A DNA stretch of 64,000 nucleotides from Camelus ferus (taxonomy: Eukaryota): contig NC_045696.1 of NCBI RefSeq assembly GCF_009834535.1, forward strand, positions 95,048,001 to 95,112,000, read 5' to 3'. Of the stretch, positions 13,025 through 26,810 are shown in pieces. How positions within the stretch are numbered: position 1 is the stretch's first letter; each line of letters begins with the position of its first letter. A model generated the notes under the pieces. It searched no databases. It saw only the letters and a list, made by a program, of their open reading frames with translations, and was not told where the DNA came from. A program made the translations under genes and the position numbers.

Positions 13025-14640
13025 GATATTCTTTGTCAAGTTGAGAAAGTTCTCCTCTCTTCCTAGTTTAATGAGCATTTTTATGGCAAATGGGTGTTGG
13101 ATTTTGTCAAATGCTTTTTCTGTATCTATGGATATGATCATGGTGATTTTTCTTTTTTAGCCTATTGATGCAATGGATTGCATTAATTGATGTTTGAACA
13201 TTGAACCAGCTTTGCATACCTAAGATAAATCCCATGTGGTCATGTAGATAATTCTTTTTATACATTGTGAGATTCAACATGCTAATATTTTTTATTTTTG
13301 AATCTGTGTTCATGGTAGATATTGGTCTGTGGTTTTCTTCTCTTGTAATATCTTTGTATAGTTTTGGTATTATGGTAATACTGGCCTCACAGAATACATT
13401 AAGAAGTATTCCCTCTGCTTTTATCTTCTGAGAGAGATTGTAGAGAATTAGTGGAATGTCTTCCTTAAATGTTGGTAGCACTCACTGGTAAATCTATCAA
13501 GGTCTGGTGCTTTCTGTTTTGGAAGGTTATCAATTATTGATTCAATTTCTTTAGCAGATACAGGCATATTCATTTTATCTATTTTATCTCAAGCGAGCTT
13601 TGGCAGATTGTTTCTTTCCAGGAACTTGACCATTTCATCTAGGTTATCTAACTTGCAGGTGTAGAGTCATTCATACTATTCCTCACTCAAGTTTTAATGT
13701 CCATGGGGTCCGTAGTGACATCTCCTCTTTAATTTCTGATATTAGTAATATTTGTTGCCTCATTCTTTTCTTAGTTAGCTTGTCTATATTTTATTGATCT
13801 TTTCACAAAACCAGCTTTCCATTTGTCAGTTTTCTCTTTTGTTTTCCTATTTTCAATTTCATTGAATTTTGCTCAAATTTATATTTCTTTCCTTCTGCTT
13901 ACTTTGGATTTAATTTTCTGTTCTCTTTCCAGTTTCCTAAGGTGGAAGCTTAGATGACTAATTTTTGATCTTTCTTTATTTTTAATGTATGCATTCAAAG
14001 TTATAAATTTCCTTCCAAACACTGCTTTCTGCTGCATTCCACAAATTTTGATAAGTTGTGTTTTAATTTTTATTTAGTTCAAAATGTTTTTAAAAATTTC
14101 TCTTGAGATTTCTTTTTTGACCCATACATTATCAGAAATGTATTGTTTAATCTTTGAATATTGAGGGATTTTTCAGGTCTTTCTGTTAGTATTTTCTTGC
14201 TTAATTCCTTGTGGTCTAAGAGGAGATATTATATAATTATTCTTTTAAATTTGTTAAGGTGTGTTCTTTGGTCCAGAATATGGTCTATCTTGGTGAATGT
14301 TTCTCATGAGCTTGAAAAGAGTGTGTATTCTGCTGTTGTTGGATGAAATAGTCTATACATATCCATTGTATCCAGTTGATTGGTAGAGTTGTTGAGTTCA
14401 ACTATGTTCTTACTGATTTTCTGCTCAATGAATCTGCCCATTTCTGATAGGAGATTGAAGTATTCAACTATAATAGTGGATTTAACTATTCCTTCTTGTA
14501 GCTCTATTAGTTTTTGCCTGACATAGTTTGTCACTCTTTTATTGGGTGCATACATGTTAAGGATTCTTATATCTTCTTGGAAAATTGAACACTTCATTGT
14601 TAACATACTAACTCTCTTTATCCCTGGTAACTTTCCTTAC
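13025..14640 (-). mobile_element. L1 ORF2 remnant (endonuclease to N-terminal reverse transcriptase), frameshifted
   Basis: ORF-track peptides 'ILNMYAPNKR...IIVEYFN...DMYRLFHPTTAEYTLFSS' (EN), 'EASITIIPK...ENHRPIS..N.D.K', 'GFILGMQSWFN' and 'IISIDTEKAFDKIQHPF' (RT) match L1 ORF2p. Confidence 0.93.
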
Positions 14641-15219
14641 CCTGAACACGAATTGCCTTTTATTTGTAAAACAACAGGATCCAAAACAGCCTATTTATGT
14701 TTTAATTTTATGGGATTTCATATTTCTTGAAGAGACGACTTTATGGCCACAGTATCCCAAAAACAAAGAGTTTCAAAAACAAACTGAAACCCTCATTTTG
14801 AAAATTGCCAAGAACATGACAGAGTCACAAAAGCCAGACAATGTGCTCCGTCATGTCTCATTCTTTGTCCCAGTGGTGTAAAACTTGACACAAGCCTTCT
14901 GTTTTCCTGGAAGGAATCTGAGCTGACCATTCAGGATGCTTCAGTGACATCTAATAAAAATGAAAAATCAGAACTACCTGAGCATCAGACTTCAGTACTG
15001 TTAGATGGTTTTTCTTTTTCTTTTTCTTTTTCTTTTTTTTTTTTTTTTTTTTTGCTTATCACCAATTTTATTTTAACAGAGATAAGCAACAACTTTAATA
15101 CTTTGGAATATAAAATTTTACTAACAAATACAGTCAAGCTTTATTTCCATAGTCTGAGTTAGGAGTCTAAACAGAAGTGTTCAGTGGCATGACATAGTTA
15201 AAAAATAAAGAAAAATTTT

Positions 15220-15415
15220 GTGTCAATGTCTGTTCATTGATTGTAGCAAATGTACCACTCTGGTGGGGGATATTGATAACGTGGGAGATGATGTGTATGG
15301 GGTTTGGGAGTATATGGGAACTCTGTACTTTCCACTCAATTTTGCTGTGAACCTAAAACTGCTCTAAGAAATAGATTCCATGAAAAAATAAAGAAAGAAA
15401 AAGAAAAAAAAAGTT
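15220..15415 (+). mobile_element. L1M 3' terminal fragment with A-rich tail
   Basis: 'aaatgtaccactctggtgggggatattgataac...tatatgggaactctgtactttccactcaattttgctgtgaacctaaaactgctct' followed by an A-rich tail. Confidence 0.8.
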
Positions 15416-18400
15416 TTAGGATAGATAGTTGATTCGCTACTTACACAATGTGTAAAAGTGAAAGAATATATTCTACAGGAAACTTAAAATGTAAGGCTGC
15501 AGTGTTTGCCATTTTCCTACAAGTGGAGAACACCATTATGGGAACTGCATGCATAAGATGCTGGGTTGACTGTTTTCACAGGTAGACTTTCAGGAACGAG
15601 CAGGTACATTCTTTACCTTACCCCAGGATCAGATTTAGAATGAGTCACATCATTTCTTCATTTGTGTGGTTTTAAATAGAGTTAAAAATAAACAAACAGT
15701 ACAGAATATTAGGAGGAGAGAAGGAAAAAGGAAATGGAATATTTTTGTTCAGAAGGAATGTCATCAGGAGCGGTAGCCAGGCTGCATGGGAACAAAAATT
15801 TTCCTGTTGAAGAAAAGTCTCAAAGTGGGCACTGATCCAATGTATCTTTTCCCTATTGAAAGCATTATTATCTCTTCAGGCTACTTTAACTGTATTTTTG
15901 AATCAAAAACATATTCAAGTAATGCTTCTTGTACTATCATATATTTAGACTCTGGGAGAGGCGGGTTGGATGAAGAAATCTTTGTAAAAGCTCTGTGCAC
16001 AGTTACAGAAGCCTGTAATTTAGTTACGATCACAATTACCTTTCTGATAGTTCTTTTTATACTTTATTTTCTCCCCCAAAGTTCAAAGGCGTTTCCTAAT
16101 GCCTTACTCTGCTTTACAGAGTTGTTCTGTTGGCTGTTACCCAACCCTCAACTTGTATGCTCAGCAAAATTTGAATGAACTTCTCTAGTCTCTTGTTCTA
16201 ATTCTAGTTTACGGACACTTTTGTTGTCTTAACAAAATAAGTAGGCAGTTAACTAAAGATGGACATTGGAGCTTACTGTTCTGTCCCTGAAACCACAGGA
16301 AACTGGAGATGTTAGCCAAACATTCAATTTTTAGTGCTTCAGACATAAATGTGGTCAATCTTTTGATTGCTTCCTCAACTCTTTGCAGTCATCTCAAACT
16401 TTTTTTAATCTCAATTTCCTGAAACAACCGATGCAACGTGGTAGCTACCTTATAACACAAAATGGCTTTTGGAGATGCCGAAGCTCTCTATAAGTTTTTC
16501 AATTCTAGTCTTCATGTTAGCAGACTTGTACCTCAAAGAGATGAAAACGAACCTATTGCTGTCACTAAAGGGCTGCTTAGAGGCTTCAGCTGAGCAAGCG
16601 TTGCAGAAATTCATCCCACACTCTCTCCCTGACGCCCTTACTTTTACCCCCAGTGTCCCTGTCCTTGTGGGAATCAACAACCTCCACTGCAAATGTAAAC
16701 TGAGTTTGTTCTTTTATTACTTTTCACGTCATTTTGTATTTATCTAATTTGTGAGTTGTTACCATTTTGTACACTTTCGCATCATTTTGTTTTCTAGGTT
16801 ATTGTCCAGGTAGTTAAATGAGATTCTTCATGCATCTGCCATTGTATCATACTGCTCCTATGACAATATGAATAGGGGAGATAGATGTTTATTCTGAAAG
16901 AAAGATGGGAGACAGTGAAATTTGTTTAGATGGTGGATGGCCAGGCATACTCACCTAAAGGATACAAGGTGAACCGGTGAGGAGAAGTTGCCTCGATTTA
17001 GGTTTGGTCTAAAGAATGAACTTTCTAATAATTAGATCTGTTTAGCAATATGCTAAGAATAGGAAACTGTGTGTGCCAGTTCCAGGCACTAGAGGTGTAA
17101 CAGCCAAGACCAAGGAAGGGTTCAGCCCAGTGGGACCTAAGATCCCTCCACGTCCTGATATTCCATACTTCTCTAATTCATCGTGGGAACCACAGACAGA
17201 AAATGTATGCCTATACTGTTCATAGAAGTCATGGGGAAAATTCAGAGATCCTCCCTGGAACTAGGACCTCATATGTTGTTTTTCCAGCCCTGGCTTTGTC
17301 CAGACTTGCAGTTTGGGGATTATGGGGGTGAGGGATTTAATGCTTCAGTGCTTCTCATTGATTTGTAAATGAAAAGGTGGGCCCCTGGTATCGGACTCAC
17401 TGGAACCATGAGACCTGCATTCTAAGTCTTGGCTTTGTCACAAGTACACTCTGGGTCAGTCACCTCACCTGTGTAGGTCACAGTTTTCTCACAGGTAAAA
17501 CAAATTGGATTAGTAAACCTTCCTAGCAGGCCCTTCCTGCTTTGATATTCTAGAGTAAGACCATACCTCAGGACTGTCGATTAAAAAGCAACAGGTGAGC
17601 GTGACAGCACTTGGACTTACGAAGTCCAAAAGTACTGCTTTTGAGTCAGTCATTCGCACATAGCAATAATGACAAGAGATATGATTGCCTTTCTTGTCTG
17701 ACCTCAGGAAATAGTTTAAGTGTCAGTAAGCAAGCAGGGGAAAACAAGGTCTTTCCAGATTATTAACATCTATTTAGGAGTAACTATCAACTCACTCCGA
17801 CTAGCAGAAGAGGTTTTCAAATATTTGCTCGCTCAGCAACTATTTACTGAGCATCTATAAAGTTCCAAACACTGGGATGCCCAGAGCTGAGGGTAAAATG
17901 GTGGGTCACACAGAAGGAAATACATGTTCTTTTACTTGAGAAGTTCACCATCTGGTAGAAAAAGACAAGCACATAGTAGGCAGTAATAATAAACTAGTGT
18001 ACTGGAACGTAAACTAAGATTCAACACTCAACAGAAGACAAGTGCTTGGAAAATGTTTATGATTTGTTTTGGGCACTCCAAAAAAAAAAAAAAAAAAACA
18101 GCCTGGATGTTGAGTTTTTCTCTTCCCAGTTGCTAGGAATAAAGTACAGCAAACTGAGTCATCAAGGCTTAAAATTCAATGACAGTAATACCTTCCTTCT
18201 TGTGGGGCAGAAAGCGCACAGTTAGCCGTCACAACTTGTTACAGAAACAGATCACCGCTCAGTAAGTTTAATCCACTTAGAACATGATAAGGCATGAAGA
18301 GGTGGCACCCAGAGACCTCTCTCAGCTCCATTCAAATTCAGCCCAGAGCCCCACAGCCAGCCAACATCTGTGCTGTTTGAACAAGACATACTTCTGCCCA

Positions 18401-19629
18401 TGATTAATACTGGCTTTAGAGTTCAGTTTGGAGAATCAGATAAAGAGATATCGGTTTTCTGCTTTCCCTTCCTCCTGTCTTCTGTTCCAGTCCACTCGCC
18501 CAGCGGTAAATAGTCTCTTCTTTTTGTGGGTGGGTAAGACAGTTTTAGACAAACATTGAAAGGCTCCCTTACTTGAAGATTTCATCTTGGGACGGGTGTT
18601 TTCTGTCCCTGGAGGACGCTTGGGCAATGAATTGCCTCATTGTTTTAGAGGAGAGCAATTCAGTGAGAAGTGTGGGTGTCTCACTGAAGGACTACAGTTT
18701 TCTGGAGCTGCCCGAATGGTGGCGCTGCCCCAAGAAAAAGAGGTGGCTTGCCATTTAACTCATTAAGGCTGCAAAAATGCAAAAACAAAGCCGGCATTTC
18801 ACATATGCAAAAGGTCACTTGTAAAAAGTCCTCGTGGCATTCAGATTAATTTAGCTTTGATAATTTTTTTGATCTGGACACCAGTACTCTAAATTCATTA
18901 CTGTAAAGTAAGATAGGCAATAGACTATTTTTTTAAAAAAAACTCTATACTTCTTTTATGATGATATAGTCAAGGCAGTTCTGGACTATCTGCATGGAGG
19001 GATGCATTTATTTATTCTATTTATACCAACTTCGTTTGCAAAATTATTTTAAGTGCTTAGGCTCTCAGTAAGAAGTCTACCCTAATTACAAACTAAAAGC
19101 AGGCTTGGTTTCTCTTTGGGAACCTTATCCTACTTAAAATTGTATCCCACTGGCTGAAATGACAATGAAAGGAAAGCCCCAGGCAGTGCTGGGAGGGCCA
19201 CCACTACACCCATAAAAGAGCTGGACTTAACTGGACATCTCAGTTGGACGGACGCTCCAGAAGCTGCCAGCTCCGATGCTGGCTGGCAAATATTCTTGGC
19301 GTAAAGTTGGAGCGTCCCCAGGACAGTTGGGGTTAAAGCAGCGCCCCCACAGCCCTGGGATTACTCAATCGGTGAAGTCAAACAGAAAGTCAAACCCAAT
19401 GTTTGTCCAGATTTTTCTCTGGTTAGACCCAGAGAGAGGACCTCTAAAATTCACCCTACTTCAGCACTCTGAGTTGTGGGCCTTCTAGAACTGACTGTAA
19501 AAGTATCTCTTTTATAAGAGCTTGCATTCTTCTTTCCACAGCAGTCATTTCCCGCCATGTGAACAAATGTAAACACCAGACAAGTGTTTTGAATAAGCAG
19601 CAACACTTAGTGTCCATTTTCCCGCTCCT

Positions 19630-20320
19630 TTCTCCACCCCGTTTCTTCGCTTTACTTCAGTCTAAAAGCTCTTCTGGCCCTAGCACTCTGCCAAAACTCT
19701 TCTTATCGAATTTGTCAATGGTCATTTTTAGAAAGTTGAATTACATGACTTCTCAAGAACATTGGACAATTTTGACCCGTCTTTTCTTCTCCAAATTCCC
19801 TCTTTCCTTGGCTTCTCTGATGATTTTCTTCTACCCATTTTTGCCGAAGTCTCCTCTTTATTGTAACCTTCTCCTTTACCTTTTCTGAAATGTCATGTTT
19901 CTTCAGGTCTTGATTTCGGTCCTTTTCTAAAGAAGTTTTATATTTACTTCCTGCGCACATCTGCTCCCGGTGCTTTAATTACCAAGGATATTGGATTGTT
20001 TCAACAAGCACTTCCGAATGAGCCCCTTTTATTGAATGCTAGCCCAAACAGTCAATTGTCTCCTGGAAACAACCCTGTAGAGACCCCACAGACTCCTCCA
20101 AATGAAAACATCCATAATGGAACTCATCCTGAACTTGCTCCCTTTCTCAGTTGCCCCATATCCTCTTCAGTGGTGCACCATCTACTGGAAATAGAAATGG
20201 GGAGTCATCATGGACTCCTCCCTTTTCTTCACTCACAATTCATCACCAGGTCTTGTTGGGTTTACTTTCTCAATGTCTCCCCTGAATCTATTCTTCTTTT
20301 TGTCCCCTGCCACCCACTGT
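19630..20320 (+). mobile_element. L2 LINE fragment
   Basis: Pyrimidine-rich L2 body, e.g. 'tctcagttgccccatatcctc...gagtcatcatggactcctcccttttcttcactcacaattcatcaccaggtcttgt'. Confidence 0.65.
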
Positions 20321-23228
20321 CACCTGAATTGCTCATTTCCTATGACCACTCAGGGCCGTCTACAATCTGATAAATGTTCCAGCCAGATTGTTGGTTGTAA
20401 TAAACACCTAACTTAAACCAACCAATGGTGTCCCAATATTTTGTCCCAATAATTAATTCCAAAATTCCAAACATGACCATTAAGGGCCAGTACCAGCCCC
20501 TCCGGTCTCATTTTGGGGCACAACTATTCATTAGCTATGATGAGGCACAATTGATTTCTCTTAGAGTTTGGTCTTTCCAATATCAAGTCTTCTCAAATGC
20601 TATTCTCTCTTCGATGTAGGGAGATTTACTCTATATGTCCTTCCAGTTTCAAACTAAATCCCACCCCCTTTGCCCAAGGCTCTGGCTGCCCAATTATATC
20701 TCCCCTCTTATAGCAGACATTGTATTTTATTCTAATTGCTTTTTAAACAACTGTTTTCTGCCAGTACACTTACTCTCAGTAAGAGTGGAATCTAATAATT
20801 TATCTTAACTTCCTCAAGTAACTGGGGACATAGAAAAGTCTCAATAAATAATGTTGAGAGAATAAATTAATGGATTCTTAATGCATTTTGGTAATAATGA
20901 GTATAATTACAAACAATTTTTAAATGCTTTACAGAAATTTTTGGTGAGGAATTAAAATGGACTTTTGCATTTACTCATAGAAGGAAATACTAGCACTTGT
21001 GGGTTGGGAGCTATTTAAAGGAGGTAATAGTAAGGTCGTGTTTCTGTCATCCCCTCAACATAGCAGCCATCTATTCTCTGTAAAACACTTCTTTTGTGGA
21101 GAGGAAAAGCTAACCCAAACAAATGAGTGTGGTAAGATACAAGTAGGACATTTTACGCCCTTTTTTTCCTTTCCCCGAGTTACTCATGTTGCTGCACCTC
21201 TCCTCTCTGCTGGGTCTGGGGGAAGGAGGGAGTGGCACAGCTCAGCAGCAGATGTGTTGAGAGCAGAGGCCAGGACTTAGAGCTATAGCAGAATGTGATA
21301 CTTTGGCGGAGGCCAGAGAGGACAGAAGAATAAGGGGCAGAGACATCCCTTCCCTCGGCCCTGCTCCTGGGAAGCTTCCCTCCTCACCCAGGTACCACCT
21401 GGGGAGAAGGAAGGGTGACACCTTGGGAGGGAAACAGCTCTGCCTGGCAGCTTGAACTTCAACTACCAAGGTGAAATGTTGAATTGACCTGGAAGAGATT
21501 CTTGTAAACAGAGACTGAGTTACCCCTGAGTGTGAACACTCATTGTTAATACAAAGCAGAAATAAGGACTGTGAGCAAGTCAGGTTTACTTTGGGGGAAG
21601 CAAAGGAACATTAAATTTCTGGTCATCTGAGTCATATGTATAAGTGTAAAGCTATTATAGAGAGACATCAAGTCCTCAGTACAGTATTTAAGAGACCGCG
21701 TGCTTATCTGGGTGAGCACTCTGAGTGTAATAGCTAAGTCTCAGCTGCCTAGTTGATTCAAGAAAGAAAAGTCTCAGTTTCAGATGGGAATTCGTCTCCT
21801 TTCCAAACTATTATTTTAGTGAAAACGTGAATAAAAATAATCTAGAGTCGGAAGGGACCCCAGTCAAACCCCCGTAAGAAAAGGACTGTGTGTTCCCCTT
21901 ACTTTGCTGTAAGGCATCTTGTTTCTCCCACCTTTCCTCTTTGCGGCACCTCCCACATCTCCCTCTTCCCTTCTCTCAGCCTCCATTTTTAGCTCCCTCT
22001 CACTTTAAGAAAAGTGAATAAAAACGAAAAGTGAAAAAAAAATTTGAGGATGTCAATCCTGTGATATTCTCTCAAGTGAACTATCTTTAAAAATGTTGAC
22101 AGGGCCTAAAAATCAAGGCTTAAAAAAGGAAAGAATTAAGATGATATATGAATAATGATGCATAAAATGTAACTTGAATAATAATTTTTCTCCTTGCCCA
22201 TCTAAAGCTAATTGATGAAATTTCTCTTGTCAATATTTAATATAAACTTAAGTAGAATTAGGGCTAAATAAACAGTAGCAGCATATGACAAATTTTATTC
22301 TGTAAAACTAAACTCAAGGCAGAAAATAGAGCTCTTGCATTTTGGCACTCTTGATTAAAATTTCTCAATAAGGTAACTTTACCGCATGGTTAGTAAAGGA
22401 ACATCGCCCTCCCTCTCACTAGATGGACTAAATTTCCAAAGCCATCTGTGACCTTAGTATTATGAAAAACTCTTGTAGAATTTCCTAACAATTTCTTAGA
22501 AGATCCAAAACAAATACTACATTGATACAAGTGCATAAGGAAAATTGAATGTAATACTGATCCCTGTGTCCAGGAACAATATACGTATTTATAGAACATC
22601 ATTTGTATTGCTGTGCTCCATTCCATTGTATGGATGTGCATATATAATATACAGTCATGTAAATGCAGACCACGTGATGGAAGTGCACATCTTCAGGAAC
22701 AGGTATGAGGCCTTAGCCTGTGTACAGTCCCTCAGCATCCGTGTACCTCCTGGGCTGATAATGAAATGGGCCCCTGATTGCATCAAGCTTATTATAGCAA
22801 TAATGGTGATGGAAGTTCTTGAGAATTCAACCACCCAGGCCTGCCTGGTGGAGTCACACAGAGCTGAACTTTACAATCAGTGACCACAGAGGATGATAAT
22901 ACACACGAGACAGGAGTATCGAGAAGAAGGATGCTTTGTGTCTTTAAAGTCCTGATTTTTCAACGCAGCATGCTTTTGCCTGTAAGGGTAAAGATAGGAG
23001 TTGCAATTCAGGGAAGTTCATAGTGTCTGAAAATTAAATAATAATGGCAAAAAAAGGATGATTTTGTCATTAATCCTCTCTGTACTGATATATTTTTAAT
23101 GCGGGACTCTAAAGCCTGAGGCTCATCTTGGAGAGAAGACTTAGTCCCAGCGTCACCGCAACTTCCAGCTAAATCTCTGTCTCCTGGAAAGCCAGATTTG
23201 GAAGGCTGACAATAGACCAGCTTCCTTG

Positions 23229-23273
23229 GGCTGTTCCCAGAATCCCCACTTCGGCTGTTCCCAGAATCCCCAC
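23229..23273. repeat. Tandem duplication of a 21-mer (period 24)
   Basis: ggctgttcccagaatccccac at 23229-23249 and 23253-23273. Confidence 0.9.
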
Positions 23274-24638
23274 AGACACAACGGCAGCAGCCCACCTTGT
23301 GATACTCTGGCTCCTCCACGCTGACCGCCTGCCAGAAACTGGGGGAGGGAAAATTAATTCCCATCAACAGAAACATCTCCAATCTTTACAAAATACAAGA
23401 TTCAAGCTAACCAAAAATATGGGGGTGGCGTGAGGGGTCAGTAATAAGCATTACAAATTATATCTTGCATTTGGGCAGCAGAATCCTTTGCCATAGATTA
23501 AGTTCCATGAAAGCAATGACCATGTCTGTTGCTACTTTTCTTTTTTTATCCAGAATCTAGTATTGGACTTGTACACGACTAGGTGGTCAGGAGATATTTG
23601 TGGAATGAATGAATGAATGAAAGACTACAAAGAGAGATTAAACCCTTTGTAGTATGGCCAAAGGACAGAGGCTTTAGTCAGCTAAATGCCATCTTCCTGT
23701 TTCTTTTTCTTCAAGTAAAAAAAATCACATGCTGGATTTAACTAAAATAAGAGGCTTAGTGCAATTATTATAAATAAGCCATATCATTAATGCATGATAT
23801 GTGCTTTGCAGAGGTGCATAAGAAGCACAAACAGAGAAGAGCCTTTACTGTCTGTATTTCTACACATAGAATCCTGACCTACATTTCTGGTGACCAACCC
23901 CAGGGGAAAGATGCTGTCTTGGGGCTCAGCGGCTCATTTTGCTGGCAGAGGGGAGCAGCTTTGAAACTTAGGGAAAGATGGGAAAGGATGTATGAAAGAT
24001 CCTATAGATGTGGTTGCAGGGTAACAGGGTCCAGAGTTGGAGCGAGCCTTCTATGGCTTTATCCATTCAATCATAGACATTTTCCATTTTCAGGCCTGCC
24101 CTGTGCAGGAAGTTACAGAGAAACATAGACATCAACCCCTGGACTTAAAGATCATGTACTCTGCCAACTCCCTTTTCACTTGGCTGTTTCTTAACTGCAA
24201 ATGCTTCTGTTCAAAATATATTTTACTAAAATGCTTAATCTGGCTTATATATCCAAATATTGTTATAAAATTTAATTATGTTATAGTTACCTATAGTTTA
24301 ATGATTGATATTTATTTTATTAAATCCTTTTTCTCTCCTAACTTGTTTTGATTACCATGTTTATGTTCAAGTGTTTTCAATTATATTACAACTATAAAAT
24401 TCTACCGCTAAAAACCCCTAAATTAAAAAAAAAAACTAGCACTCTTCTTTAAAAAAGAAACTATTCCTGCATGTGTAAAATAATACTATCACACTCAACA
24501 AATGTCACAACTCTCTAATAATAGCTAATATAAAAATTCATATTCAAATTTCCCCCCTTGGCATCAAAATAATCTTTACAGTCAGCTGTCCTTTTAACTC
24601 TATACCTTAAAATTCCCACCGGTATGGACACTTCCCAC

Positions 24639-24670
24639 CACACACACACACACGCACGCACGCACACAAC
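24639..24670. repeat. (CA)n/(CACG)n microsatellite
   Basis: 'cacacacacacacacgcacgcacgcacaca'. Confidence 0.85.
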
Positions 24671-26220
24671 ATACTTGCATACTCCTATCCATCTTTCAGT
24701 CTGTATCTGAATTTCTTCAGACTATAGAGTATGCTGATACTCTGAAGTCTGTGCATCCTTTATCGTCCTTCCCCTGGTCATCTTCCCCCCCAACCCACCA
24801 CTTCCTACTCAGCCTCCCTCGAACAGTGTAGAAGATGCAGGTGGTCAGTCTTATAATTAAAAACACATTTCTGAACACACTGTTCCAGAAAAGCTCTTTT
24901 CTACTCCAAACCCATTTTAGGACTTGGATCGCTTTAGCTATTACAACAGCTCTCAAAGAAGCACTTGTACCATTCAGAAAACTTCCCTTGAATTTTGGCT
25001 GAATTGTTGTACTCAAGGAAGCACACAGGAAGGACAAACAGCTCTCACTAGTATTGGCACGGACGACCAGAGCAGGGCAAGTGTCCCCAGGCAACCTGGG
25101 CCTGCTTTCAGTCCTGACCCTCTGTAATCCTTTCTAGCTTCTAGAGCACAGCACTGATAAAGTTGGTGTGCACGAGTATCTTCAGCCACTGAGAGTGTTG
25201 ATGTGAAAGCTGGAATCACACACTCGGTAAGACACTCAAATACACACACGTGCATGCACTTTCTGAGGCAGATGTGAACCCCAGGACATTTACTGACACT
25301 GTCAGGAACCAGAAATGTGATTGGTGGTGGGGACTGGGGAGCATTTTCTCATTTTCTTTTTCCACTTACCAGAAAATGTTTTGTGCAGTGACTTCATCAC
25401 AAAAGGCAGTCTTTACATTTTTTAATTACCTATTAGTATTAGCAACTGCTTAATTCACAGGATCCAACCTGCAATCCTTTTACCCTCGGAATGTAATGCA
25501 GAGCGAACTTCTCCAGGAACTCAGCCAATAACAGATAGACCCTGTAGCAGAGAAGTGTTGATGGACTGGGGAGGCCAGGAGCATGGAGGGGAGGTGGGAG
25601 TGGTTAGAATGCACAGAATGCAATCCTTCCCTGACTCAGGGCTGCGTGTGATCGTCAGTGCACAATCCCTATGGAGACATAGTCCAAACATTCTATGTTT
25701 TCAAGTCACTAGTTTTTCTAAACATTTCCCACAGCAATACCCTTTTTCAGAACTCCTTTTTCTTCCAGCTAAGCTCTTTCACGTCCATGTTGGCCTCATT
25801 CTCCAAGGTGATGTGCTGTCAATAGTGTCTTAGAGGATATTAAAGGGCTTTCACCATAAGGACCACCTCTAGCCTATGGAGCACAGCATGTTTGTTCAGA
25901 TTAGAAAGAGGAGCTCCCTCTAGGGAGATAACTAAGAAAAAGTGACCCCTTTGGGCATTTGGAGCCCCCCTAAGAAATACTTGAGCAACCCCAGCACCTC
26001 CGTGCAAAGGAGGAGGCTTCTCTTCTCCCTGGTGGAAGTACCCCTCCTCGGGGACGAGAGCAGGGCTGTTACAGGGTCCCAACCCGTCTCATTGGTCCAG
26101 CACTCTACACAGACTGCACAGCCTCGCTTGGCTGCCCTGCCTCCAAATTCCTAACCAAATCCCCGAAGGTGCTGGCTTTTGTATAAACTTGCATTTTAAC
26201 ATGATGTTTAATTCTCTCTT

Positions 26221-26810
26221 TTCGTACTTCCGTAGCCTCTTTCGAGTGTTACCATTCAAGGCCTTAACTGCGTGAGGCTTCAAAAGTGTTTGCCAAAACA
26301 AGAAAAACGGAAAGAAAATGAGATCCTAGATGAGGAAGCTTGGCGGTTGGAGGGAGGAGCCCCCCTGCGCTCATCACAGGGGAACAAGGAAAGCGATCCC
26401 ACTCCTGCTCTGGGTGACGGCCGTGAGACAAATCATACGTCATATGAACAGCTCACTGCAGAAACACAATTCCGTGCTCGTACGTGTGTTTCTGAGGCGA
26501 ACAGCCATAATACAGATCGCGTTGTTGGAGATCACGCTAATAAAGTGTGCCCGTAAGCACTGCACAGACCCAGCCTCGCACCCACAGGCATCCCGGCTCA
26601 CGATGGATACATAACGCGCGCAAGGCAGAGATTTTCTCTCTAGAATATAAATGCATTGTTTGTTCGTGACTCGTGTGTTTACTTATCAGGATTTTAAATA
26701 AGAAAGTGGATGTTCCTCCTTTCTGCTTTTTATACTTCTGCTTCTAGAAGTTCCCTTTGACCTCTCCCAATCCAATGGCCTGGTGGGCGGGGCCAACTGT
26801 GCTTTAAATC
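26221..26810 (+). promoter_or_regulatory. CpG-dense patch followed by CCAAT x2, GC box and TATA-like element (candidate promoter)
   Basis: About 27 CpG by hand count in 26221-26680. CCAAT at 26767 and 26772, GGGCGGGG at 26785-26792, TTTAAA at 26803-26808. Confidence 0.4.

Noticed and set aside
12923..14606. Functional reverse transcriptase/endonuclease gene
   Set aside because: Broken into short frames by stops and frameshifts; a dead L1 ORF2.
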